Numbered from the stretch's first letter, positions 50,879 to 59,711 are shown. The stretch: 64,000 nucleotides of DNA from Candidatus Melainabacteria bacterium 17Bon1m (GCA_032128875.1 JAVLKG010000003.1:321008-385007), one strand, 5' to 3'. Made by a program: numbers and translations. The notes: generated from the letters alone by a model not told the origin.

Positions 50879-52105
50879 ATGACTGGCAAGCATCTCCACG
50901 TTTTTCCACAAGAAGCGACTGTTCAATTGGGACAAGTCACTTATTCTGCGGTGGTGGAAAAACCTGATGGGCAAAAGGAAAAACTCTGGTATCGTCTGCC
51001 TGAAGCGTATCTCGATGCAATCGATGACAGCGCCGACTATCTAGTGATAGCTAACATCTTTCAGGCGATGGAAGCAGGTGTGGACTGCCGCGTTCACGGT
51101 AGAGTGTCGAGTACTTTGTTGCGAAACGTGTCTGAGTTTCAAAGCCTCTGGGCAACCTGGTTTCCAGAGCGCTACAAGTGCGTGGACATTATTGCTGATA
51201 TTGAAGATGGTCCCAATATTTACGGAAATGGTTCGAATCACTCAGGTGACGAACATGGCGGAGCAGCTGTTTTGAATGCGGCAATTGCTGCATATACAGG
51301 CGGAATCGACAGCTCCTACACTGTTATGCGACACCATCGAAAACTATGCGGGCGAATGACTCAACCTTTGCGCGCTTGTCTTTTCGTGCATGGATTCGAC
51401 ATACCCTTGCCAGATGAGGATGCGTTTCGGCGGGTCGAAGAACGGCTAAAGAAGACTCTTTTGGATACGAACCTTGAATTAATTCCAATGGCAAGCAATC
51501 ACAAAGAATTAAATCAACAATGGGATCACACTCACATTGCCGGCGTCGCATCTTGCCTTATGTTGCTGAGTAAACGCTTCGATAGAGCCCTCATCGGAAG
51601 TACATTTACGTATCACGAAGCGTCCATGAAGTGGGGCAGCAACCCTATTTCCGACCGCCTGCTTTCCAGCCACAGGATGAGTTTCTTTCATGATGGTGCT
51701 GAAACCGGGCGCGGTGGAAAAATGGTGGCGCTGCGCGATTGGCCTGAAGCATATGATGATTTGCGCATATGCTGGAGCGCTGCCAACAAGGACGAAAATT
51801 GTGGAACGTGCGGAAAGTGCGCGTTGAGTTTGCTGGGCTTTAGGTATAAAAATCTTCCCTTGCCGAAGTCCTTTCCTTCGGGTCTTTCAGAATCAATGAT
51901 CGAAAATCTGGTCTTTGACGAATCGCATTTGGGAGCTGCCGAAACACTCTTGAAGTTTGCATTGAGAGAATCAGAGCAAGCACCGTGGGTAGCGGCACTA
52001 AAGAAGTGCGTGAAAACCAATCAGGAACGATTGGGCGCCACGAATAGCGGCAAAGGTACATTCTATAGCCGTGTGAAACGCAGGCTTGGTCGCCTTACGC
52101 AGTAA
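50879..52105 (+). CDS. QueC-like adenine-nucleotide alpha-hydrolase (PP-loop) protein with CxxCxKC motif, copy 1
   Basis: AYTGGIDS (SGGxDS variant), FVHGFDI, WGSNP and RIC...NCGTCGKC. Function unknown. Confidence 0.65.
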   Translation: MTGKHLHVFPQEATVQLGQVTYSAVVEKPDGQKEKLWYRLPEAYLDAIDDSADYLVIANIFQAMEAGVDCRVHGRVSSTLLRNVSEFQSLWATWFPERYKCVDIIADIEDGPNIYGNGSNHSGDEHGGAAVLNAAIAAYTGGIDSSYTVMRHHRKLCGRMTQPLRACLFVHGFDIPLPDEDAFRRVEERLKKTLLDTNLELIPMASNHKELNQQWDHTHIAGVASCLMLLSKRFDRALIGSTFTYHEASMKWGSNPISDRLLSSHRMSFFHDGAETGRGGKMVALRDWPEAYDDLRICWSAANKDENCGTCGKCALSLLGFRYKNLPLPKSFPSGLSESMIENLVFDESHLGAAETLLKFALRESEQAPWVAALKKCVKTNQERLGATNSGKGTFYSRVKRRLGRLTQ

Positions 52106-52119
52106 TTTTAGGATCATTC

Positions 52120-52172
52120 GTAGGGGCGGCGCATGCGCCGCCCTGGCAGGGAGCCGCATGCGGCTCCCCTAC
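52120..52172. repeat. 53-bp GTAG-type REP-like double-hairpin element
   Basis: GTAG-GGGCGGCGCATGCGCCGCCC-TGGCA-GGGAGCCGCATGCGGCTCCC-CTAC; both 20-mers are perfect palindromes. Confidence 0.85.
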
Positions 52173-52205
52173 TTTAAAGTGTTAACGACCGACATCGCTA
52201 AGGTG

Positions 52206-53006
52206 TTAAAGTCCGACGCCCAGAGCCAGCAAGGCGCATTTGTCCAAGCCGTCAAAACCTAGAGATGAATTGATTTCTGAGTCTACGAATCCCGCGGTTG
52301 CACAGACGCAAAGTCCGAGTGCGTTTGCAGTCAAATAGATGTTTTCTGAGACGTGACCGGCATCCATTAATCCGAGCCTGTATGCTCTAATGGTGTATTT
52401 CTCCGCCAGGCGAGCCATATCGCAAGACAGAATCAGTACAGCGCCAGCGTCGCCAAATTCGACTTGAAGAATTCCGAATTCCTTGAGCCAGGTCGAGAAA
52501 TTGCCTTTTTTCTTTAACACGAGTTCGTGCTTGCGCCGATCAAATCTATAGATCCCCGGCTCAACTCCTTCGATATTTAAAACAAATAGGTCTATTTGGG
52601 TTGAAGCTAATCCGCCTGCGGAGGGGAAGTTGAAGCCAGCCCCGTAACTCGTTTCTGTTTTGTCGGAAGCTTCAGTCGCCTGCGTACGTGCGCCATTTGC
52701 AAGATACAATACCTTTGCTAAATGCGACACTGGAAGAGCTTTGTTGGAAAAACTCTTCTTGCTCGTTCGATTCGTGATTGCTGTTTGTACTGGCATATCT
52801 GCACTTACAGCATTTACATCGAGTTTGATTCGCACTTCTTGCGCAGCACCTTCGACCGTCTTTTCGGCGGTCTCGCTGCCTAGAGGTGAAGCACTTCGTT
52901 CATAGTTCATCTCATAAGATGCGCGGTTCCATTTCGCAGCCTTTTTGTTACAGCTTTCAGTGTGGTAGACATCGGCGCTTGAGCCGGGATTGTGGATTAG
53001 TTTCAT
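52206..53006 (-). CDS. SagB/ThcOx-type FMN-dependent azoline dehydrogenase (cassette A)
   Basis: NRTSKKSF, PSAGGL, GIYRFD, KY..RAYR, DAGHVSENIYL and GFVD. Confidence 0.9.
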   Translation of the reverse strand: MKLIHNPGSSADVYHTESCNKKAAKWNRASYEMNYERSASPLGSETAEKTVEGAAQEVRIKLDVNAVSADMPVQTAITNRTSKKSFSNKALPVSHLAKVLYLANGARTQATEASDKTETSYGAGFNFPSAGGLASTQIDLFVLNIEGVEPGIYRFDRRKHELVLKKKGNFSTWLKEFGILQVEFGDAGAVLILSCDMARLAEKYTIRAYRLGLMDAGHVSENIYLTANALGLCVCATAGFVDSEINSSLGFDGLDKCALLALGVGL

Positions 53007-53008
53007 AC

Positions 53009-54316
53009 TTATGGAAATGGATGTGCGTCGTGGTTGAAGTCTTTTGCAGAACGTTGAGTTGGAGTGTCATTGCATAAACGTGGGCAAGCGAGCCAGCGCA
53101 CTTTGTGAGCGACAATCAAAGGCACCATTTCCGGTACCGTCACTTTGACGCACACGCCAAGTTCGCTGGCTTCGGTCGAGGTGAGATCGCTCCACATAAC
53201 GGTCAATCCAATTTCTTCCAGGCGTCTTGCGACGTTTGCCAAATCCTCCATGGAATGTGGCGCCTGAAGCCAATCTCTGTCCTTATAGTCTTGCAGTGTA
53301 ATTTCATTCGTATTGTCTTTTAGAAGGAAGTCCAACGCTGGACTATTGGGCCAATTTGCATAGAGATTGGCGTGGTCGGAAAATGATTTGACCCAATCGA
53401 ATTCGGTAAATGACTGAACCACTGCATCGCTTCCAAATTTATGTTGCGCAAAACGTATTGCCATCGCTTCGTCGATCGCGCCGCAGCATGCGATTTCAGC
53501 ATCTTCATGGGCCGATGCACCGGCAACATAATATGGAAAGCGTTCGCTTTCTAATACGCAAAATACTGCCGGTATCGGAAAGTCGCGCGTCATGCTGAAA
53601 ATGTTTACTCTTGTCCCGCTCTTTTCTATAAGTGAGATGCGCTGCCCAAGCTCTCGCCCGACAGATTCCTTTTCTATGCGCAATTTTGGTATAGAAACTT
53701 TATTGAGCCAAAAGATCATCATCTGATCTCTTTCGGCAAGTTCGAGCAAACCTGACCAGATCGCTTGTACTCTATTGCTGTAGAACGAAAGTCCGGCAGA
53801 AGTGGGAAGAGCGATGAGCGGTTCTGGAGCTTTCGCCCAGAACGACATGTGCACAGTGCCTGCGGGAATCCAGTAATCCTTTCCGTCGCTTCCGTCCTTC
53901 AAACGTTTTGCCGGTGTATGAGTTAGAAGTGTGTCGTCTGCATAGCCGATACCTGGACCTTTGAAGCTGTCGCTGCATGTTTCATCGGGCAAGCAATAGG
54001 GAAACAGTTTCAAAAGCTCGCTATCCCCTGCTTTCATCTGTCGCAGTTCCGCTGAGTGCAGTGAGTTGTAGCCCGTATAACGCTCGACTGCTTCACCTAG
54101 TGCACGCAGCATTGCTTCGTTGGGATCCAGCGAACAGCCCAAAGCATTGGGCGTGTCGGCAGTAAAAAACTTTCCTATCGTTCGAACCAGGTCGCCTTGG
54201 TACAGCCACCACGGCGGTTCTGGTCGCTCCAGGCGCATTCCCCGAAAGCGTGTAATCGGTCCGAACCGGGGGTTTACCCAATTCAAAACCGGTGCAAGCG
54301 GTCCTGGGCTATGCAT
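53009..54316 (-). CDS. YcaO cyclodehydratase (cassette A)
   Basis: ALGEAVERY, SAGLS, GLLELAERD and C-terminal HPFP; start reassigned to ATG 54316, overlapping the stop of the E1-like gene. Confidence 0.92.
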   Translation of the reverse strand: MHSPGPLAPVLNWVNPRFGPITRFRGMRLERPEPPWWLYQGDLVRTIGKFFTADTPNALGCSLDPNEAMLRALGEAVERYTGYNSLHSAELRQMKAGDSELLKLFPYCLPDETCSDSFKGPGIGYADDTLLTHTPAKRLKDGSDGKDYWIPAGTVHMSFWAKAPEPLIALPTSAGLSFYSNRVQAIWSGLLELAERDQMMIFWLNKVSIPKLRIEKESVGRELGQRISLIEKSGTRVNIFSMTRDFPIPAVFCVLESERFPYYVAGASAHEDAEIACCGAIDEAMAIRFAQHKFGSDAVVQSFTEFDWVKSFSDHANLYANWPNSPALDFLLKDNTNEITLQDYKDRDWLQAPHSMEDLANVARRLEEIGLTVMWSDLTSTEASELGVCVKVTVPEMVPLIVAHKVRWLACPRLCNDTPTQRSAKDFNHDAHPFP

Positions 54317-55448
54317 ATGCAGAGTCTCTTTCCGGCTGCACGTCGCCACGGACATCAACCGCGCCACTGAAACAGTCAGGGCATCGTGCAACCTTTTTGA
54401 CTTTGAGTTGCTCGGTGTGTCCATCAAAAGTGTTGAATATCACTGCTCCTAATGTGACAGGCAAGCTGATCTTGGTTATCGCTCTAATAACTTCCATAGA
54501 AATTTGCGCACCTCCTGCGGTGGCAAAGGCCAGGGATTCTCCCTGCATTGGTCTTTCGCTCTTAGGCAAGGATTCTATATGCTGCGAATAGAGGGATTCT
54601 TCGATAGGGTGATCGCTAGCGCTGCGCGTGCGCAAGACATAGCACGTGTAGCAAGCTGTATCGCGAGGCACTACGAGTGGACCGATTTCGAGTTCTACCG
54701 CACTCTCATTTGCGCGCAGCCAATCAATTGGCGTTTCGAGCGAAATTTGGTTGATGCGGTTGAAAAAGCTTTGAGGTGCGTTTCGCGTAGCTGTGACCAA
54801 AAGATCTGCTGTGTCTACTTTCGATTCAATTAATTCGGCAAGGGTGTCGAGGGTGTCGGCATGGGTATAGCTAGTCTGCATGCCATTGTTTTGCGCATCT
54901 TCAACTAATTTCTTTAGGTCTGTGTTGTTAAGTCTGTCGATCACTTCAATTGTATTGATGCCCGATCGGTGCAGAATATCGAACGTGCAGCATCCTAAAA
55001 GCCCGTCGGCGACAAGAACTATCTTCGCTCCCTTCAGTTTGCTTTCCACTTCTTTGGCTGATGTATTGTTGCGCGTAAAACCAAGTTTTCTACCCCAGAA
55101 TAAGCGCTGTTTCGCGTCCAGCCCTTGTTTGCCTGTCTCTACCGATGCCTCTTTCGTCTCGGCATCGACCAAATAGCCCTTTCTAACGAGCAGTAATAGC
55201 AGCTCTTCAATCTCAGCCTCATGTGAGCCAGCTGGGCGACTTTTGACGATGTTTTCCAATGATGTCTTTTGCTTAAGTTCGCCAATTAGCCAGGGCATCA
55301 AGCCGACTGCAAGCCGCCCGCGCACTACAAGATTTGTCGCGCCACCGCGCACTTGCATCCCCAACCCGTCAGGCATTTCGAAGACGTCGAGGTCATCAAC
55401 CAGGGTTGGTTTCTTGGGAAAGCGTAAGTTCGGGTCTTTGATAGTCAT
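54309..55448 (-). CDS. E1/ThiF-like YcaO partner (TOMM leader-binding C protein) with N-terminal RRE-like domain (cassette A)
   Basis: N-terminal wHTH-like region ending LVRKGYL; Rossmann-like IVLVADGLLG; IGPLVVPRDTACYTC...RCPDC. Confidence 0.88.
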   Translation of the reverse strand: MTIKDPNLRFPKKPTLVDDLDVFEMPDGLGMQVRGGATNLVVRGRLAVGLMPWLIGELKQKTSLENIVKSRPAGSHEAEIEELLLLLVRKGYLVDAETKEASVETGKQGLDAKQRLFWGRKLGFTRNNTSAKEVESKLKGAKIVLVADGLLGCCTFDILHRSGINTIEVIDRLNNTDLKKLVEDAQNNGMQTSYTHADTLDTLAELIESKVDTADLLVTATRNAPQSFFNRINQISLETPIDWLRANESAVELEIGPLVVPRDTACYTCYVLRTRSASDHPIEESLYSQHIESLPKSERPMQGESLAFATAGGAQISMEVIRAITKISLPVTLGAVIFNTFDGHTEQLKVKKVARCPDCFSGAVDVRGDVQPERDSAYA

Positions 55449-55501
55449 TTTGATTCTCTTGTAGATTGCCGATCTTACAAGCTTTTATGGGGTGTAAGAA
55501 G

Positions 55502-55536
55502 AAAAAATGATAGCCAGTTTAGTGACTATCATTTTT
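55502..55536 (-). terminator. stem-loop with U-tract between precursor genes and modifying enzymes
   Basis: Minus strand ATGATAGTCA-CTAAAC-TGGCTATCAT-TTTTT (one G-U pair). Confidence 0.6.
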
Positions 55537-55560
55537 GAATGATTGAATTTGTCTCAGCTT

Positions 55561-55761
55561 TTAGAAATCTGCCAATGGTGTCGGCGGCACGAATTCGCAG
55601 CCATCGCAGGCGCACGGTCCTTTCGGAACTGCCATTTTCTGATTGCGTTGCGAGATGGTTTCAACAACCAGCAATTTCTCAACATCAGTGTTGTTCAGAT
55701 AGTTGAGGTAATCGGCTTGGAAGTCTGCAGTTTCGGTGATTGTGTTCTTTAGAGATGACAT
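55561..55761 (-). CDS. RiPP precursor peptide A3 (66 aa; C-terminus GPCACDGCEFVPPTPLADF)
   Basis: ATG 55761 with AGGGG RBS; paralogous to the two upstream peptides; directly before the E1-YcaO-SagB genes. Confidence 0.85.
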   Translation of the reverse strand: MSSLKNTITETADFQADYLNYLNNTDVEKLLVVETISQRNQKMAVPKGPCACDGCEFVPPTPLADF

Positions 55762-55783
55762 CTTTTGCCCCTGTTGTTTGCTT

Positions 55784-55987
55784 TTAGAACTGAAAATCTG
55801 GTGTTGGGGGTTGGAATTGGCAGCCGTCGCATGCGCAGGGACCCGACGGCTTGGCCATGCGCTGATTGCGCTGAGAAAGGGTTTCAGCGACAAGCATCTT
55901 ATCGAGTTGTTCGTTGGCGTTCAGATAGTTCAAATAATCTGATTCGAACTCGTTTGTCTGGCTTGTAGTTTGATTTTTGGCTGACAT
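55784..55987 (-). CDS. RiPP precursor peptide A2 (67 aa; C-terminus GPCACDGCQFQPPTPDFQF)
   Basis: ATG with AAAGGG RBS; conserved leader DYLNYL...LVAETLSQ. Confidence 0.85.
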   Translation of the reverse strand: MSAKNQTTSQTNEFESDYLNYLNANEQLDKMLVAETLSQRNQRMAKPSGPCACDGCQFQPPTPDFQF

Positions 55988-56010
55988 TTTGATGCCCTTT
56001 CTGAGTGTTT

Positions 56011-56211
56011 TTAGAAACTAAAATCTGGCTGCGGTGGTTGAAATGTGCAGTTGTCACATGCACACGGACCCGATGGCTTGCTCACGGTTTGTTGTTGCTG
56101 AGAGAGAGTCTGAGCAACAAGGGCTTCGTCAGCGCCTTGTTTGAAATCGAGATAGGTTTGGTAATCTTGCAGAAATTCCAAAGCTTCGTTTGACTGAAAA
56201 TTGTTTGACAC
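56011..56211 (-). CDS. RiPP precursor peptide A1 (66 aa; C-terminus GPCACDNCTFQPPQPDFSF)
   Basis: GTG 56211 with GAGGG RBS gives the same length and alignment as A2 and A3. Confidence 0.85.
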   Translation of the reverse strand: MSNNFQSNEALEFLQDYQTYLDFKQGADEALVAQTLSQQQQTVSKPSGPCACDNCTFQPPQPDFSF

Positions 56212-56294
56212 AGCTTCCCTCTCTATTAATGATGGCCACTTATCCCTGGCCGCCGAAAGCATATTATCTTATTGACAATCTTGGTGGCGTAACA

Positions 56295-57704
56295 GTGGGC
56301 GCGGAATTCGGCGATAATGCAAAAGGTTACGAACCGGACAGCATCGCAGTGAGTCCAGATTCCACCCCGGACCTTAACTCCCCGACGGGACAAGAAAGAG
56401 CGACCGGGAAATCAAATTCAGCTATTGATTCGCTCTTTTCCTTCTTTCTGCTGTCGGAAGATGGATTAGATGCGCTGAGCCGAATAATGGGCTTGCTTTC
56501 GATTTACACGTGTTTCGAAATCTTTAAAAGGCTTAATTGGTTAAGAGCGGAGTATCAAGTCGAATCCTGGTGGTGGCGGGACCAGTGTCTTGCGTTGCCT
56601 GATTCTGAAACCCTGGCCATTATTTTGCTTTCCATCTGTGCCATCGCCGGACTTGCGATGGTGTTCGGCGTAAGAAGTAAGCTGGCGCCAGCCGTGGTGG
56701 CATTATGCGTCTTGTACCTGACATGTTTGGACGTGAATATTGCATTTCCGCATAGCTTTTTTCTTGCCATTTGGGTTTGTGTGGCGTTGATCTTCAGGCG
56801 CGCCAGAAGGTCCGCAACCCGCCGCCTTATCCAGCTTGCTTTGTTCGCTTGTTATTCGCTTTCCGCCCTGCAAAAGATCTTTACCCCGCAGTTTATTCAA
56901 GGGGATTCGCTTGCGGCATTGAAATACGGACCCAACCTGGATGCCTGGGTCTTGAAGGCTGTCAGCCAGATTCCCAGTTCGTCGGGATTGTGGCAGCTTT
57001 TCGCAATCGTCGTCGTTGTTGTCGAACTCGCTCTTGCGCTTGGCCTGTGGCATCCGAAGACTCGCAAGTTTGCTGTCGTTGGCATCATTGTGTTTCAGTC
57101 GCTGATTCTTCTGACCATGGATCCGCGCATTCTGCCTCTTCACTTGATGATCTGTCTTTGCTGTCTTTCCTTTGTCAACCCAGTTGCAATTGAAAAGCGA
57201 TTTGCATGGCTGACGAATAGAGTCGAAGCGTCCGCCGGTTCTCTTGCTGGTTTGAAAGAGCTGGACTGTAAGCCACCAGGGGTGGTGTACACAACACTTA
57301 CCATTCTCGCCACTGGGATCTTCTTTGCTATCCCATTAAGGATTTATCTCTATCCGAACGCATTCGAGCAAATGTCGATGATGGACAGGCGTCCATGGAC
57401 ATTTTGCATGTTTGTGTGTTTGGAAGGGCGGTACAAGACAAGCATTGTCTTGAAACGAAAAGACGGCAATCTAGTCTGGGTTGAACCACGCGGAAGAATG
57501 GCTTACTTGTCCAGCGACACTGACATGCTGGCGTTAGCAAAGTATCTGGAAAAAACATATCCAGGCGTTTTGGAAATCAAAATAGAGTCGCAATACGACG
57601 TAAACATGACCAGCCGAGACCACAAGGTTCTCACGGCGCAAGCTTGTGATATCGGAGGCTTTAAACACCGAATAAGCTGGCACAGAGAGGCTTTAAAATA
57701 CTAG
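56295..57704 (+). CDS. HTTM-domain (vitamin K-dependent carboxylase-like / SdpB-like) membrane protein with C-terminal soluble domain
   Basis: LIQLALFACYSLSALQK...G and VELALALGLWHPKTRKFAV match the HTTM pattern. Start uncertain (GTG 56295 chosen). Confidence 0.75.
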   Translation: MGAEFGDNAKGYEPDSIAVSPDSTPDLNSPTGQERATGKSNSAIDSLFSFFLLSEDGLDALSRIMGLLSIYTCFEIFKRLNWLRAEYQVESWWWRDQCLALPDSETLAIILLSICAIAGLAMVFGVRSKLAPAVVALCVLYLTCLDVNIAFPHSFFLAIWVCVALIFRRARRSATRRLIQLALFACYSLSALQKIFTPQFIQGDSLAALKYGPNLDAWVLKAVSQIPSSSGLWQLFAIVVVVVELALALGLWHPKTRKFAVVGIIVFQSLILLTMDPRILPLHLMICLCCLSFVNPVAIEKRFAWLTNRVEASAGSLAGLKELDCKPPGVVYTTLTILATGIFFAIPLRIYLYPNAFEQMSMMDRRPWTFCMFVCLEGRYKTSIVLKRKDGNLVWVEPRGRMAYLSSDTDMLALAKYLEKTYPGVLEIKIESQYDVNMTSRDHKVLTAQACDIGGFKHRISWHREALKY

Positions 57705-58630
57705 TTACGCATGCCAAGTTTTTTCAGCGCTACATAGGAAATTTGCTTGGCTAGCCTGGGAGCGCTTGCAAGAATCTGCTCTGAGTGTTGTGCCTGTTTT
57801 TCGAGTGTTTCATACTGTTGCAAGAGATCGTGAAACTCCTTGCTTAGCTTCTCATAAGTCGCTTGTCTGGTATCAACTTCTGGCTTCACGTAATTTTGAG
57901 TCTGCATATTTTTGATCATGCCTTCAAGCATTCGAGGCAAATGCTCCTTTGTAGACTCAAGATGTTGAAGAAGTACTTTTAAAAATTCGAGGTCCAGCGT
58001 TTTGACGTTTTGGCTCCAGGAATCAGAGTGCCTGCGATAAAAGTATAAGGGCTCAGGATGGTAAGCAAATTTAGTGCCGATTTCTAGAAGCGAAATCCAA
58101 AATTCAGTGTCCACAATTGCTTTTATGTTCTTGTATCCACCAACTTTGTCATAAGATTCTCGCTTTAGAAGCAGAGTGTTGTGTGGATAGTGTCCTGAAA
58201 TAATATCTCCCAGGTCGGCGCTAGGCTTATACACATAGTTGTGAATGCCGAAGACTTGAACATCGCTAAAGGCAGCAGAAGCATTGTTTTCGTTCATCAC
58301 TTTGAGCGTCGCTTCAATGTAGTTTGGTGCGATTAAATCATCGCTATCCAGTGGCAGTAGCAGCTCTCCATTGCTGTTGCGGGCTGCGGTATTTCGAGTT
58401 TCACCATTCCCGCGGTTGGTTTCATGGCGGAAAATCCTGATGCGGGGATCGCTGAAATTTGCCAGCACTTCATCAGCTGGGCAAACAGGAGAACAATCAT
58501 CGACAATGACGAGTTCCCAGTTTTGATAAGTCTGTGCGACCACGCTGTTGACGGTTTCCACCAGATAATTGCCAAGTTTGTAATACGGAGTAAGTATGCT
58601 CACTAGTGGTTGAGCTGTAGTCGTTTTCAT
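57701..58630 (-). CDS. GT2 glycosyltransferase with C-terminal coiled coil (paralog 2)
   Basis: VSILTPYY, SVVAQTY, VDDCS, LDSDD, DTEFW and PLYFYR. Confidence 0.9.
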   Translation of the reverse strand: MKTTTAQPLVSILTPYYKLGNYLVETVNSVVAQTYQNWELVIVDDCSPVCPADEVLANFSDPRIRIFRHETNRGNGETRNTAARNSNGELLLPLDSDDLIAPNYIEATLKVMNENNASAAFSDVQVFGIHNYVYKPSADLGDIISGHYPHNTLLLKRESYDKVGGYKNIKAIVDTEFWISLLEIGTKFAYHPEPLYFYRRHSDSWSQNVKTLDLEFLKVLLQHLESTKEHLPRMLEGMIKNMQTQNYVKPEVDTRQATYEKLSKEFHDLLQQYETLEKQAQHSEQILASAPRLAKQISYVALKKLGMRN

Positions 58631-58638
58631 TGCTCGAT

Positions 58639-59559
58639 TTACCGCAACCCCGCCTTTTTCAAGGAAACATACGAAAGTTGGCGCGTCAGTTGCGGCAGGC
58701 TCGCCAGCATTTCTTCATTGCGCCTGACACGTTTTTCCAAACTTTCATACTTTGCTCTCAGGTCGGCGTATTCTGATTGCAAATGAGAAATTTCCGAGTC
58801 GATTTGGCTGGTGCTTTGTGCGGCATAGTAAGCCGCCTTCTGCTCTATCCATTTTTCGAGCACGACTTCCAAGTGTTGGGAAAGTGAATGATGATGTGAA
58901 AGCAAGACTTCCAGAAAATCTTTCGCGACTGCTGAACCTCGCATGCGCATGAGTCCATCTTCATGAGTGCGATACAGATAGAGGGGCTCTTCCACGAATG
59001 CGAATTTAACGCCTGATTCGATTGCTGAAATCCAAAACTCAGTATCTTCGATTGCAGCAATGGGCTTGTAGCCACCTACTGAGTCATAGACTTCTCGCTT
59101 CATTAGCAGTGTATTGCAGGGATAATGCCCTGAAAAAATGTCGCATAGGCGTGTGCTGGGCGTGTAGATAAAATCGAATTTTCCGAAGTACTTTACTTGC
59201 GAGTAAGCGGCTGATGATCCCGTTTCTCCCAAGGCTCTCAACATTTTTTCGATGTAGGTCGGCTCCAGCAAGTCGTCTGAATCGAGTGGCAATAGATATT
59301 CGCCTTTGCTGTTTGAAGCGGCAGTGTTGCGCGCTGCCGATACACCTAGATTTGAATCGTGCCGCAATAAGCGGATGCGCGGATCGGTTTGCTGCGCAAG
59401 TACAGAGGTTGCCGACATTTCTGGAGAGCAATCGTCAACAACAAGGAGTTCCCAGTTTTGGTAAGTTTGCCTCTTGACTGACTCAACTGCTTCGACCAGG
59501 AACTGACCAAGTCGGTAGTAGGGCATCAAAATGCTGATGAGAGGTTGGTTCGACTGCAT
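58639..59559 (-). CDS. GT2 glycosyltransferase with C-terminal coiled coil (paralog 1)
   Basis: ISILMPYY, VDDCS, GVSAARN, LDSDD and EDTEFW. Confidence 0.9.
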   Translation of the reverse strand: MQSNQPLISILMPYYRLGQFLVEAVESVKRQTYQNWELLVVDDCSPEMSATSVLAQQTDPRIRLLRHDSNLGVSAARNTAASNSKGEYLLPLDSDDLLEPTYIEKMLRALGETGSSAAYSQVKYFGKFDFIYTPSTRLCDIFSGHYPCNTLLMKREVYDSVGGYKPIAAIEDTEFWISAIESGVKFAFVEEPLYLYRTHEDGLMRMRGSAVAKDFLEVLLSHHHSLSQHLEVVLEKWIEQKAAYYAAQSTSQIDSEISHLQSEYADLRAKYESLEKRVRRNEEMLASLPQLTRQLSYVSLKKAGLR

Positions 59560-59711
59560 CTTTGGATATCCTCTGTCTGCTGTACTTTAAAGAACCCGCT
59601 ATTTCAACAAGTTAGTTCTGTGTAATTTTGGAGTTTTATCTTTTTCAATTGACACTCGACATCAGGCCAAGTGGTTAGCATTGTGGATAGGGGTCATCCA
59701 GGAGTTCTAGT

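Noticed and set aside
50879-52105. Bona fide queC or a QatABCD defence system
   Set aside because: The protein is much longer than QueC, and no queD/E/F or qat partner genes (ATPase, TatD) are adjacent.
54317-54427. N-terminal extensions of ORF-track calls (YcaO-A, also YcaO-B 61022, fasciclin 13041, gcvH 36273, yebC 22788)
   Set aside because: They overlap neighbouring genes or lack homology; internal starts with RBS or translational coupling fit better.
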